A stretch of DNA of 63,977 bases, counting the filler, from Malassezia furfur (lineage: Eukaryota), in assembly GCA_052055015.1 (NCBI GenBank). It is 7 parts of 7 records of this genome, joined end to end, with 100 filler letters (N's around TTAATTAATTAA, not from the genome) between each part and the next. Parts side by side here need not be neighbours in the genome. Positions count along the whole stretch, not along the records: positions 18,806 to 28,092 come from JBQJIT010000426.1; positions 28,193 to 37,470 come from JBQJIT010000427.1; 5 more parts are not named here. One strand, given 5' to 3'. The notes below the pieces were generated by a model, which did no database searches, was not told the DNA's origin, and worked only from the letters and a program-made list of their open reading frames with translations. Positions within the stretch are counted from its first letter, which is position 1; each line of letters opens with the position of its first letter. Of this stretch, positions 18,957 through 29,967 are shown one piece after another. Made by a program: the position numbers and the translations under genes.

Positions 18957-21706
18957 CTATGCCACCATCGGCGTCTGAGCCGCGGTTGTGTGGGTCGTGT
19001 GTGCCGGGCGTGTGCCCGGCGCTGGGTCGCCCGTGGGGCGGTCGGAGCGGAGTGCAATGGCCTCGGAGCCGCGGCGGCGACGCCGGCGGCGCGGCAGCGT
19101 CGCAAACTTGGGCATCGGCCGCCCGTCGAGGTCGAGCGACACGTTGATTGCCGCCTGGAGCGCCTCGATCCACTCGACGAGGTGGAAGTCGTTGCGCGTC
19201 TGCAGCAAGAACTGTTCGCCCTCGGCGCGCACGCGGATCACATGACGCCGCTTGGTGTAGTCGGCAGCAAAGCCGCACTCGCCCCACTGCAGCGAGTAGG
19301 AGCGCACGTGATGCTCGCGCAGCGCCTGCTCGAGCGCGGCGCGGCGGGCGTCCGCATTCGCGTCGGGCGCGCCCTTGCCGTACGCGAGGAGCGACGAGCC
19401 GACGGCCGACGCCAGTGCGTAGCCCTTGTTGAACAGGCCGTCGGACGCGTCGGCGCCTGCGTCGCGCGTCGTCGGCTGCTGCGCGGAGGCCTGCCAAGTC
19501 TCGCTGAGCGGCTCGGTGTGGACGTGCGTGGCTTGGTGCAGCTGCCACACGGACGCGGCGTTGCACGTGCGGTCGTACAGCGCGGAGACGTCCGTGTTGT
19601 ACACGTGGAGCGTCGTGCCCTGCAGCACGAAGTAGCAGCGCTCCCAGCTGCGCCCCTTGGGCGGCTCGCCGGGGCGCTGCAGCTCCACCTTGCGCGGCAG
19701 GAAGCCCTCGATGTGCACCGTGCACAGGTACGGCGGGAGCACCTCCTCGCCCTCCTTGGGTGGCGCATGCAGCACGAGCGGGTCCTCGGCTGTGCTGAGG
19801 CTCGCGCCGCGCGCGCGGCGGAAGGGCAGCGTGCGCTGCGGCGCGTCGTACCCCAGCTCCTGCAGCGACTGCGTGACGCGCTGCAGCACCGCGGTGGGGT
19901 CGAACGGGCCGCGCGGCGACGGCTGCACGGTCGAGTAGCGGTTCGCGCGGATCTCCTCGATGAGCTCGCGGTCCTTGGCCTCGTCCAGCGGCGTGCGCGG
20001 CGTCAGCATCCCAGGCGGCGTCGCGGTCACGGGCACGTTGCGGTACGAGGCACTCGAACCCGTGCGCGACATGCGCGGGGGCGTCATGCCGGGCGCCGCG
20101 CCCGGCGCTTGGAACGTCGTGGAGCCCGTGCGCGAGAGGCGCAGCGGCATCGCCTCGCGCCGCTGCCACAGCGGCTTGGGCCCCCGCTCGGTATGCAGCG
20201 AGTCGAACTGCACACCGGCGGGCAGGTCGCCGCCCGGCGTCCAGCCGCCGGGCGTCGCGGGCGCCCCGGGGCTCTGTGCGCCGGGCGAGGGCAGGTGCGA
20301 CAGGCGCTGTGCGACCTCGGCGAACGCCGCGTCGTCCGCGGCGCCCGCCGACACCATCGGCGACACAAACACCGACGGCGAGCGCGAGATGGGAAACTCG
20401 CGCTGCGTCGGCGTGATCATCGCGCTGGCGCTTGGCGAGCTCGGCCGCGACGTCATCCACAGCGCAGGCTGCCCGACCATGCTCGACCGGCGGCGCTGCA
20501 TCGAGATGGCCGACGGGCCGAGCGGCGCATCGTTCGACGAGGACAGCGCATGCGGCGAGTCGGGGCCACTCGGCACGCCCGGCGCGTCGCTCGGCGTGAG
20601 CGACAGACGGTGGAAGCTCGAGGGGTGCCCCTCGATCGTCGACGACAGCGTTGGCGTGCGCAGCCCGCCCGTGCGCAGGTACGACGGCATCCCCGACGAC
20701 GACGTCCGTGGCGAGGGCAGCGCCGAGCCGCGCAGGCTGCCCCAGCCGCCCGACGTGCCGGTGTACGACCCATCGCGGGGGCCCATGCTGAGCGAGGGCA
20801 GCCGGCTGTTCGACGAGCGCAGCGACGCCGACGCGCCCGCATTCGCGCTCGTCAGGCTCCCGGGCGCAAACATGGGCGCATTCGCCCGCCCGCCAAACGT
20901 GCCCATGCCTTGCGACAGGCTAAACGAGTCGACCCGCGGAGTTCCGGCGGCCGAGAAGGAGTCGCGCGGCGTCGCGAACCCGCTCGAGGGGATGGGGATC
21001 TGCTCGGCCATCTCGTGCGGCACGGGGTATAGGAACGGCATGCGGCTCTCGTGCTCCTCGCGCCGCGCCGCGCGCACGTCGTCCGGCTCGGCGTCGGCGT
21101 CGGTGTCGGTTTCCGTCTCGGTCTCGGTCTCGGTTTCGGTTTCCGTTTCCGTTTCCGACGCGGACGATGCCGAGGACGACACCGAGGGATCGGTGGTGGT
21201 CGCCGCGGGCGCGTCGCGCGTTGGGCGCGACAGGTACGCGGGGGCCACGGACCCCAGCGTCGCGCCGGTGAGCGCCGGCGCCGGCGCCGCTTTGGAGTGG
21301 CTCAGCACGGCTGGCGGCGGCGACGCGCGGTGCGAGTGCAAGGTGTCAGCGGAGCGCAGCTGCGCCATGCGCGACACGGGGGCCGCGTGCACGCTGCGCA
21401 GCTGCGTGGGCGACGACGGTGGACGCGGCGACGACGACGCGGGCGACGACGACGACGCGGTGCTTGTGCCGCTCGACTGCGACTGCGTGCTAGGTGCGAG
21501 CGACGCGGGGCGCGTCGCACTCAGTGCGCTGGGCGAATCGGGGCGCGGCGGCGGCGGCCGCGCATCTTCAGGCGCCTGTTGCGGCGCGAAGAAATGGGCG
21601 CGGTCGCCATGAACCTTGGAGGCCTGGGGGATCGAGTGGGACTGATGTGTGAGTGCGCACGCGTGCAACGTACCCAGTTCCACCCTTGCTTGGGTCGCTC
21701 GTCCAT
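18957..21706 (-). CDS. Large disordered protein with C-terminal PH domain
   Basis: LPPYLCTVHIEGFLPRKVE, RSWERCYFVLQGTTLHVY, CGFAADYTKRRHVIRVRAEGEQFL, WIEALQAA. Probable first exon MDERPKQGWNW. Confidence 0.8.
21100..21157 (-). repeat. Coding hexamer repeat encoding (ET)n
   Basis: Degenerate GARACN array giving ETETETETETETETETDT. Confidence 0.9.
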
Positions 21707-21951
21707 GCTGTGCGAGGAGGAGCCGGTGTGCTCGCTAGTCCATTGCCCACCTCGCCCAACGTGGTGCTGGAAGAGATGCAGCTGGGCGCAAAATCCGCCG
21801 TGCCCTTTCCCCAGATGCCCGCCGACCAAGCATGCCCTGTGCCATTATCTCTCGGCCGATTCGGCCGAGTGTCGCGTGGGCGCGGGGGACACGCGACGCG
21901 CCGCGCGCGCGCGCAACGCGCACGTTCTTGCCACCGGCTGACGCGTGTAGC

Positions 21952-22710
21952 ATGGCGGTCGAAGAACTCACCTCGGGCGTCCTGGCGCAGATGCTCGATG
22001 CATCGAGCGGCACCGCGGTCGCGGACCCCGTGTGCCAGGTGCTCAGCCTCAAGAAGCTCCAGACAAGCAACGCGAGCGCCAACGTGAGCGAGCGCTACCG
22101 CGTCGTGCTGAGCGACGGCGTGTACTATGCGCAGGGTACGTGTGCACCAAGCCCCCCCACCCACTGACCGCCAGCGATGCTCGCGACGCAGCTCAAGCCG
22201 CTCGTCGAGGACCACACGCTCGACAAGAACATGGTCGTGCGCATCACGCAGTACACGGCGAACACCGTGCAGAACCGCAAGATTCTCATCCTGCTCAACC
22301 TCGAGGTGCTTTCGCCCGCGCTCGACCACCGGATAGGCAACCCGCAGAACATTGAGGCGGTGCAGGCGGGTGGTGCGCAGGGCGGTGCGGCGGCGCCTGC
22401 GGCGGCAGCACCGAGCACGACGTACTCGCAGGCACCGCCTCCCATCACCGCACCGAACCCCGCGCGCTACGCCAAGGCCGCATCACCGACGGCGACCGCG
22501 CAGCCGGCGTTCACAACAGGCGCGCTGTATGCGTCCCAGCCAGAGGTGGCCGCGGCGCCTCCCGCGGCGGCACAGGCCGCCGAGCCTACGGAGCCTGCGG
22601 CTACCGCTCCTGCTGTGCACGAGCCGGCGGCGCGCGCGCCGGTCACCACGCATGTGGGTGCTGCGCCGGCCGTGCAGGTCGGTGCATACCTGCCATACGT
22701 GGCCGACTAA
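21952..22710 (+). CDS. RPA70 N-terminal OB domain (Rep-A_N)-only protein with Ala/Pro tail
   Basis: LTSG, PVCQVLSLKK, ERYRVVLSDGVYYAQAMLATQL, RKILILLNLEV, RIGNPQ. Intron 22136-22174, stop at 22710. Confidence 0.85.
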
Positions 22711-22767
22711 AGTCCCTCTTTTAGACAGTTGCCTTCCCCGTAATCGCTCACCAAGAGATGTGTTGTG

Positions 22768-23598
22768 CTACCTACGGAACCGGTGCACCACTGTGGCGCC
22801 TACAGCCAGTGTGGTGGTCGCGCCCAGCGCGAATGCGACATAGTCGCGCAGGTGCGGCCAACGCCACGTGCGGCGGCCGCCCAGCACCTCGTCGTAGGTG
22901 GGGACCGTTTGGTCGTGCCAGCCGCGCAGTACGCGCGTGATGGCTTGCTCGTCGAGCTGTGCGAGCTCGTCGATCGACCACGTCTCGCACACATCCGTCA
23001 TCCACCGCATGCGCTGCGCACTTTGGTCGGGGCGGGGAGCGACGCGGCGAAGCGCCCCGCGCAGCTCGCCGACACGCTCGATCGCCGTGCCTGTGCTAGC
23101 TGGAATCGCGTTTTCGAGACGCTGCCGGATCTGCCGGGCAAGGCGCGGGCCTTTTCCTCCCGTAGATACCATCACCTGCAGCGGACCACGCCGGATGATC
23201 GAGCCAAAATAAAAGTCGCACTCGGGCGGTACATCGGCGACGTTCACAGGGATGTGGTGCGCGCGGCTCCAGCCGCAGATCGCGCGACTGGCCTCGGGGT
23301 CGTCGATGGCAGTCAGGATCATATCGTACATCCCGCCATCTGCGCGCGTCAGCTGCTCCTCGTGCGTATACGCTGCAGGGATGTACTCGTCGACGACCTG
23401 CTCAATTTCGATGCGGTACTTCATTTCGCTGCCGAGTCCCTCAGGTGCACATAGCACCGTGACATGTGCGTCAGCATTTTTCAGGAGCACAAGCCGCCCA
23501 GCGGCGACTTCACCACCGCCAACTAGCAGCACATGCTTGCCGCGAAGCTGCCACGCAATGAGCAAACTTCCGCCGGGCTCCAAGGTGGGGTAGGTCAT
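22768..23598 (-). CDS. MET8: Siroheme synthase Met8 (precorrin-2 dehydrogenase/ferrochelatase)
   Basis: SLLIAWQL, VLLVGGGEVA, VNVADVPPECDFYFG, MVSTGGKGPRLA, RMRWMTDVCETWS. Confidence 0.95.
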   Translation of the reverse strand: MTYPTLEPGGSLLIAWQLRGKHVLLVGGGEVAAGRLVLLKNADAHVTVLCAPEGLGSEMKYRIEIEQVVDEYIPAAYTHEEQLTRADGGMYDMILTAIDDPEASRAICGWSRAHHIPVNVADVPPECDFYFGSIIRRGPLQVMVSTGGKGPRLARQIRQRLENAIPASTGTAIERVGELRGALRRVAPRPDQSAQRMRWMTDVCETWSIDELAQLDEQAITRVLRGWHDQTVPTYDEVLGGRRTWRWPHLRDYVAFALGATTTLAVGATVVHRFRR

Positions 23599-23627
23599 AT
23601 GTGGAGGTGCCACTCGAACCACCGTGC

Positions 23628-26606
23628 ATGGACGCTGCGAACGACGCGCCGCAGCGCGAGCTGCTGCGCCTCGTCAACCAACCCATGTCGGTTGCGAGTG
23701 TCGAGGCACTGCTAGAGATTGTTTTGCCGCCACTTGAATGGGTAGATGCGCTGCCTACGGCGTTGCAAGCGCAGTACGGTCACATCGCAGCGCCTCCGGC
23801 GCTTGGCGCCTGGTGGGCGTCGGTGCAGCACGCACTACTCAGCAACACGCTCGTTACCTGGGGTGACGAGCTCAAGAAAAAAGACCTGTACTATGTAATT
23901 CTGGATGGCTATTTTACGCCGACGAGCGAACGCGCGGACAAGGTGTGGCAGTACACTCTGGCGACGTGCTCGGAGCAGCTCAGCGCCGTGACGCAAAGGC
24001 CTGACGCAAAAATGCACCTGTATACTCGCGAAGCGCTCACACACATCCTGAAAAGACTCGAGCAGCATGCGTTGGTGCCGCGACTCCTGCGTGCAACGAG
24101 CAAAGAGCGCAACGCGGCGACATGCGATTTGGCATGGTCCGAATGCGTGACGCAGCTCGTGAGTCTGCCGACACGTACTGCCAACGTATACCAGCACGAT
24201 ACACCATCTTGGATGACTCAAGATACGTTTTTGGCGCGTGTTGCCATCGATTGGGAGGGTGCACTGTCGTTCGGTCCGCCGGCGCATATGGCCGAGCTTG
24301 CCGCGAAGCTCGTCAAGTCTGGGTTCGTGGCCTATCGCGCACGAGGCGCATGTTTCTGGGCCGTTGTGCTCCCCCGTGTAATGCAGCACGTGGAAACGTC
24401 GGATGGTGCGCCGTTTCTGCCGTCCTATACCCACGCATGGCGTGCTGTTATGGAGCACCTCGGCCCGCACCGCGGCGCACTGGTGTATGCACTCGCACAG
24501 CAGCTCGATGCGCATCTTGCACGCACGCGGCGTGCGTGGCCCCTTGCGCTCGACGAGCATGCACCTGGCACGGAAGGCCGCGCGTTTCTGTCGCCAGAGG
24601 CGTGCGTCGCACGCGACGCAGCCTATGCGTTCCTGGCACTGGTCGCGTACACGGATGACGACGACCCCATGGAGCTCGTGCACATGGGAAAGGCCTATCC
24701 CACAACACTGTATACCCCCTCGCTGAGTCTTGTGATCGCCACTTGGCTGCACCCGCGCACCCTGGACGATCTGGTGGAATACTGGGCGGACGCGACGCGG
24801 TGTGCGCACACCTCAGTGAAGCAAGAGCAGTCGATCACCGCCATCTTGCTTGCTTATACGACTGGAGACGATTTGCGCGAGGCATGGGCTTCACTGGCAA
24901 AGTCCGAAATGTTCCTGCAGGGCGTGTCAGTGCACTTAGACCACGATGATCCCGTGGTGCGCCGTCTCGGTATGCTGGTCGCCGAGTGTGTAAGTGGGCG
25001 TACGGTGGCACCCGGAGGTACGCCGCTGCGCTTCCCTGCCTCTGTGTGGGACGGGCGCGGGGATGGACGCGAGGTGTGCCGCGTCTTACGCGCGATGTCC
25101 ACGACGTTCTCGTTTGCCGCGGTCCAACACGCACACAGCGACCGCGCAAAGTGGTCTGCTGCACTTCAGCTCGACGCGCAGGAGCGTGCGCTGGTGACGG
25201 CGCCCACGCCGCTGCCGGTGAGGCCTCGCGCAAGTCCTCCTACGCGGCGCTTGCCCGCGCGTGTGCCGCCCAAGGCCGCTCCACCTGCGCCCCGCCCCCT
25301 CATTGAGGTGCTGGACGACGATGCAGAGACACCGGATACGGGCGAATTCCACACGTACGCCGAGCCTGTCGACCATGCGATGAGCTCGGATGAGGGCGTA
25401 GACACGTCAGACGACGAGGGCGACGCACCGTCTGCCGCGGACGAAGGCGCCTCGGGTACGCTCGATACTGCCTTCCAGAAGCGCCGCCGTGCGCCCGTGT
25501 ATATTCACGAGTTGGCGCCGCTTGCACGCGAGCGCGATGTGCATGCACAAAAGCTGCTGCTGAAGCATGCCGAGGCGCTTGTGCGGCGGAAGACCGGCTG
25601 GGGTATGGAAATTGCCGAGCAGGCCGTGGACCTGTGTATTGCGCTGTGCGCAATGCAGGATCACTACGGACTGCGCGATTTTGAGGCACGGCGCATTGCG
25701 GCGCTTGCGGCGCTGTGTGTGGCATGCCCCGATCCGTGCGTGGACTGCGTGTACGAGCAGCTATTTACTCCGCACTATGCGGTCGCGCAGCGGGTCGGCA
25801 TGCTCCACGCCGTCGCGCGCGCCGCCCAAGAGCTCGCGGGTGTGCGTGTAGAGGAGGTGGATGTGGCCGCCCACCGCATGGCCGACGATGCGGCGTCGCA
25901 TGCGCGCGAGAGCGGGGAGCGACGCACTGCGGCGGCCGACCCCGCACGGCATGCAGCGCGCACGCGCGAGCGGGCGGTGCAGGCGGCGCTGCATGCCGAC
26001 GCACGCACACCGCTGCCATTTGCGCCGCCCGGCAGTGTGCGGCCGACGGTGCAGTACACACAGGTGGCGCTGCGTACATTTGTGTTCCCGCTGGTGACGC
26101 GCTTCTTTGCATACCAGCAGGCGCACCGCCGACGGCGCGTGGCGTACGCGGGCAGCGAAGTGGTGTTGAGTGCGCCCGTGCTTAACGCGCTCCTGCAGAC
26201 GCTTGCAGTGTTGTGCTACTACGCACAAAACGCCGCGCACTTCTTTCAGCAGCTCGTGCCCGACGTGCTGGAGTTGGTGGACCACGTCCTGCTCACGGAG
26301 CATGACTCGCTCGTGGCTGGCGCCGCGCTATCACTCGCGCTGATCGTGCTCGAGGCGACGGTGCCGACGTCGCACGGTGTCGCGCTCGTGCGGACGCATG
26401 CGCCACTGCTCGCACGGCTGCAGGACGCCGCACAGGCACGCTTTGCTGCACTCGAAATGCGCGCGGGTGTCGCGTCGGCCACGCCCGAGCTCACCGTGTC
26501 GCCCGACGCGCGCGCGCGCCGCGCCGCGGCCGCAGTGGTTGTGGCGCTCGCCGAGTTGCAGCAGACAGCGCAGGCCACACTGCTGACGACGCTACCGCGT
26601 CCATAG
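23628..26606 (+). CDS. TEL2: Telomere length regulation protein Tel2
   Basis: LVSLPTRTAN, FLQGVSVHLDHDDPVVRRLGMLVAE, acidic SDDE motif, RAPVYIHEL, LVRRK, YAVAQR. Confidence 0.88.
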   Translation: MDAANDAPQRELLRLVNQPMSVASVEALLEIVLPPLEWVDALPTALQAQYGHIAAPPALGAWWASVQHALLSNTLVTWGDELKKKDLYYVILDGYFTPTSERADKVWQYTLATCSEQLSAVTQRPDAKMHLYTREALTHILKRLEQHALVPRLLRATSKERNAATCDLAWSECVTQLVSLPTRTANVYQHDTPSWMTQDTFLARVAIDWEGALSFGPPAHMAELAAKLVKSGFVAYRARGACFWAVVLPRVMQHVETSDGAPFLPSYTHAWRAVMEHLGPHRGALVYALAQQLDAHLARTRRAWPLALDEHAPGTEGRAFLSPEACVARDAAYAFLALVAYTDDDDPMELVHMGKAYPTTLYTPSLSLVIATWLHPRTLDDLVEYWADATRCAHTSVKQEQSITAILLAYTTGDDLREAWASLAKSEMFLQGVSVHLDHDDPVVRRLGMLVAECVSGRTVAPGGTPLRFPASVWDGRGDGREVCRVLRAMSTTFSFAAVQHAHSDRAKWSAALQLDAQERALVTAPTPLPVRPRASPPTRRLPARVPPKAAPPAPRPLIEVLDDDAETPDTGEFHTYAEPVDHAMSSDEGVDTSDDEGDAPSAADEGASGTLDTAFQKRRRAPVYIHELAPLARERDVHAQKLLLKHAEALVRRKTGWGMEIAEQAVDLCIALCAMQDHYGLRDFEARRIAALAALCVACPDPCVDCVYEQLFTPHYAVAQRVGMLHAVARAAQELAGVRVEEVDVAAHRMADDAASHARESGERRTAAADPARHAARTRERAVQAALHADARTPLPFAPPGSVRPTVQYTQVALRTFVFPLVTRFFAYQQAHRRRRVAYAGSEVVLSAPVLNALLQTLAVLCYYAQNAAHFFQQLVPDVLELVDHVLLTEHDSLVAGAALSLALIVLEATVPTSHGVALVRTHAPLLARLQDAAQARFAALEMRAGVASATPELTVSPDARARRAAAAVVVALAELQQTAQATLLTTLPRP

Positions 26607-26707
26607 CCGATTCCGTATCGACGTTCTAATCCTACACACAAACAGTCAATCTACGCTCGCGTCCTAGTGGGTATGGCGGGGCGCAGCAAGCATGCCGCGC
26701 CGCAACG

Positions 26708-28005
26708 TTAGACACGTCCCGTATGGTCCAGCGGGGCGCCCGTACGATCCTTGTGCGCGAAAGGATCGAGCGCAGAGGCGTCATGGTGGCCCTGGTCCAG
26801 CGACACGGTCAAGTCCTGCTCGCCACTCGCGGTGCTCGGCTCTGTGTGGTAGGGCTGGGCCGCTTGGAAGCGCTGCTCGCCATACTGCGGCGCGCCCTGC
26901 TTCTCGGCAGAGGACGAAGCATTGGCCTCGGCCAAGCCGAGCTGCGCACGCAGACGCTCGACTTCGCGGCGGCTCTCGTCGAGCGAGATGCTCAAGTCGT
27001 TCATTGCCTGGTCCATGAGCAGCTTCTCCAGCGTCCACTTCTCAATGTTGCTCGCCTCGTTGTTCTTAAGGTCCTGAATGTAGCGCACCGCTGCAATAAT
27101 AATTGAGCCCTTGTTGGTGTTCTTTACGTCACACCCGGGCACGATCTGCGAGAGCTGCACGATACCATCGTTGATTGCCGAGCGGCGGCGGCGCTCAACC
27201 TCCTTGTGGTTGTCCTTGCGCTGGCGGTCGAGCTCGGGGCCCTTGCGCTTGTACCGCGCGCCGCCGAGGCTGTGGTCGTTGACAAACTTGGCATCCAGAC
27301 CATCGCCTAGCGCACCGTCGCGGCCTGCGTCCAGCCCGTGCGTTTGACCATGCTGCTGCAGCTGGCGACCCGCCAGCGTACCCATCGCTGCGAGCGCCGC
27401 CGCCGTTGCGGCTGGGTCATGCGCTGCCGAGTGGCCCTTGTGTTCCTGCTGGCCGTGCCCGACGTGGCGTGCGTGGTGCCCATGCTGCTGCTGCGACATG
27501 TCGTGCTCCATGCCGGGCGGGGGCGGCGCGTCGCCCAGGTGGCCCGCTTCGGAAAGGCCGCCGGCGGTGAGGTCCTCGTCGGGTGCCATGACGGGCGCGT
27601 TGGAGCGCTTGAACGACGATGCAAACGACGTCAGCGTCGATGCAGCCTGACCAAGGCTGTGCGGAAGGTGCGCGAGCGCGTTCGACGAGTCAAACTGTTC
27701 GCCGCCGTCGTACTGATGCTGCTCGCCCGAGTCCGAGGCGCGCTGAGGGGTCAGCCACTCAAAATACGACGTACTGCGGCTGCGACAATGCTCGCGAGCT
27801 GCTCCTGGTTCAATCCAGCGAGGATTGTGCCGACGTCCTTCTCGATCCCCGCGTTCTGCGCGTTGCTCGCGCTCGTCGCGTCGTTGTCTTGGGCGTTATG
27901 GGCGCCGCTCGGCTCGCCGCTTGCATCGTAGGTTGTTTGTTGGTCCACATACGCGTGAGGCGCGTCACTAGGCGCCGGTTGGCCAGCACCAGTCGGGGGC
28001 GACAT
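26708..28005 (-). CDS. CBF1: bHLH-ZIP transcription factor, Cbf1-like
   Basis: RKDNHKEVERRRR, NKGSII, NIEKWTLEKLLMDQA. Upstream exon 28005 to about 27775 joins in frame. Confidence 0.9.
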
Positions 28006-28092
28006 GCTCTGTTCGAAAGGCGGATACGCGTTCTATCGGTGTTGCTCTCAACGCGAGGCGCGTAGCGTGCAAGTCACGAGACGAGGTGGGAG

Positions 28093-28192
28093 NNNNNNNN
28101 NNNNNNNNNNNNNNNNNNNNNNNNNNNNNNNNNNNNTTAATTAATTAANNNNNNNNNNNNNNNNNNNNNNNNNNNNNNNNNNNNNNNNNNNN
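28093..28192. other. Artificial contig linker
   Basis: 44N-TTAATTAATTAA-44N. Confidence 0.99.
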
Positions 28193-29864
28193 GTGGCGGC
28201 GGCGGCGGCGAGTAAGTGTCGCGCTCGTCGGGGGATGCCTCCGATGGCGGCGTCGCGCCGGGCATCCCAGGCATCCCAGGCATCCCAGGCATCGCGCCCG
28301 GCGCACTGCCGGGCGGGAACATTTGGAAAAAGAGCATCTGCTGAAACTGCAGTTGCATCTGTGTCTGCATGCGTATCGGCATCGGCAGGTTGGGGTTCTG
28401 CAGCATGATCGCGAGCTGCTGCACCAGTTGGGGGTTAAACGCGGGTGCCTCGCCCGGTGCGCCGGGCATCGGCATCGGCATCGGCATCGGCATCGGCGAC
28501 GCCTCGGGCGCATTGGTGGCCGCTGCCGGCGTCGCATCGGCACTGTCCTCGTTTTTGGGCGCCTCCGCCGGCGCACCGCCCTCGTTGCCGGCTTGCATCG
28601 CAAGCTCGGCTTGATGCGCCTCGTTCGCGGCGGCGTTGGCCTCTTCGTCGACCTTGGAGCCTTGCTCGAAGGCCTCTTCGCTGCGCTCAATCGTGCTGTC
28701 GATGTACTCGCGCACCTTCTTGCGCTTCGCGTCGTCGATCTTGAGTGTCTCGATGTTTTGGATGTGCTTCTCACACTCAGGGCACAAAAAGTCGTGTTCA
28801 AAAAGGTAGGTCTGCACACACTCCTCGCAGAAGGAGGTCTGGCAGCATGGCGTAATGACCGCATCGCGCAGCAGTTTGGAACAGTAAGGGCACGCGAGCG
28901 ACGGATCCGACGGTACCGACTGATACACATCCGTCTTGGACAGGGGCCGAGCGCGCGACTTGCTCCGGTTCCATGAGTCCGAGTCGGGCGTGGCAATCAC
29001 ATACGAGCCGTCGGGTGTCACCATCACGCCCGACATTTGCTCGGCCGTGGGCTGCTCAACGGTACGGAGCATGCTTTTGGGGATACCGGTTGTCCGCTTG
29101 AACCGCGGGCGGTTGTCATAGTCTTGGTTGTCGTTGGTCGGACAATCCTGGATCCAGTGGCCTTTTTGGCCACAGCGGTAGCAGATGTAGCCGGCGGGCG
29201 GCGGTGGACGCTCGATGGCGGGCGCGGCGTACGCGCCGTGTCCGCCGGCGCGTGGCGGCGGCCCGCGTCGTGGCATGCCGCTGCGTTCGCGATAGGTTGC
29301 GCTGCGTTAGTCTTGCACGTACTGGGCCATGCGCTCCTGCGTTTCGTCCCATTGCTCGGTCGTCGCTTGGAACATGGCGGCGATCCGCGCCGTTTCGTCA
29401 CCACCGTCGGCCGCCGCTGGCGCGCCGGGTCCGCCGGAGCTTGTCGGCGGACCCACGTCGCGCCCGTCAAAGCGCTTCGTCATCGGGCCGCGGTACGGCA
29501 CGGCGGCTGCAGGCGGCGGCGCACTGGGAGCCGGTTCGGCACCGCCGGACGAGGGCTGCACGTCGGACACGTATAGCTGTGCGGTGCCACGCCCGGGTCG
29601 CGACGGCGGTAGGCGTCGAACCAGTACATGGGATGACCGCGGCACGCTATAGTTGTCGTCTTTGTATTCTGCGTGAGCGGGGCACGTACCCTCCTCCGTA
29701 TCGGCGTCGTACACAGCGAGGTCAAAGTCGGTGCCTTTGCCCATTTTGTTCTGCAGGATAATTTCGCGCTTGAGGTCCCATATGCTGATGCCGGTCCCAT
29801 CGAAGGTCACCCGCTGGGGCTCCTTCTGGGACCGGAACTTGTAGTACACCGCGGAGGTGGCCAT
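28193..29864 (-). CDS. MPE1: Mpe1/RBBP6 (DWNN, zinc knuckle, RING), 3' truncated
   Basis: VYYKFRSQK, FDGTGIS, YICYRCGQKGHWIQDCP, KRTTGIPKS, RING cysteines. Introns 29669-29689 and 29302-29322. Confidence 0.95.
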
Positions 29865-29911
29865 CGTCGCGCGTGTGCACGTCCGTCTGTGCGTGCGGCC
29901 AACCTTCGCGC

Positions 29912-29926
29912 CACGTGGACCACGTG
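29912..29926. promoter_or_regulatory. Tandem CACGTG E-boxes in the MPE1/GID8 divergent promoter
   Basis: CACGTG at 29912-29917 and 29921-29926 within a 103-bp intergenic region. Confidence 0.5.
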
Positions 29927-29967
29927 ATCAGCTGGCGGGTTTGCCTCCGGCGACGGCCTCGAGCAGG

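Noticed and set aside
28260..28497. GGCATC and GGCATCCCA tandem arrays
   Set aside because: These are low-complexity coding repeats (MP, GMP) within MPE1, not CRISPR or telomeric repeats.
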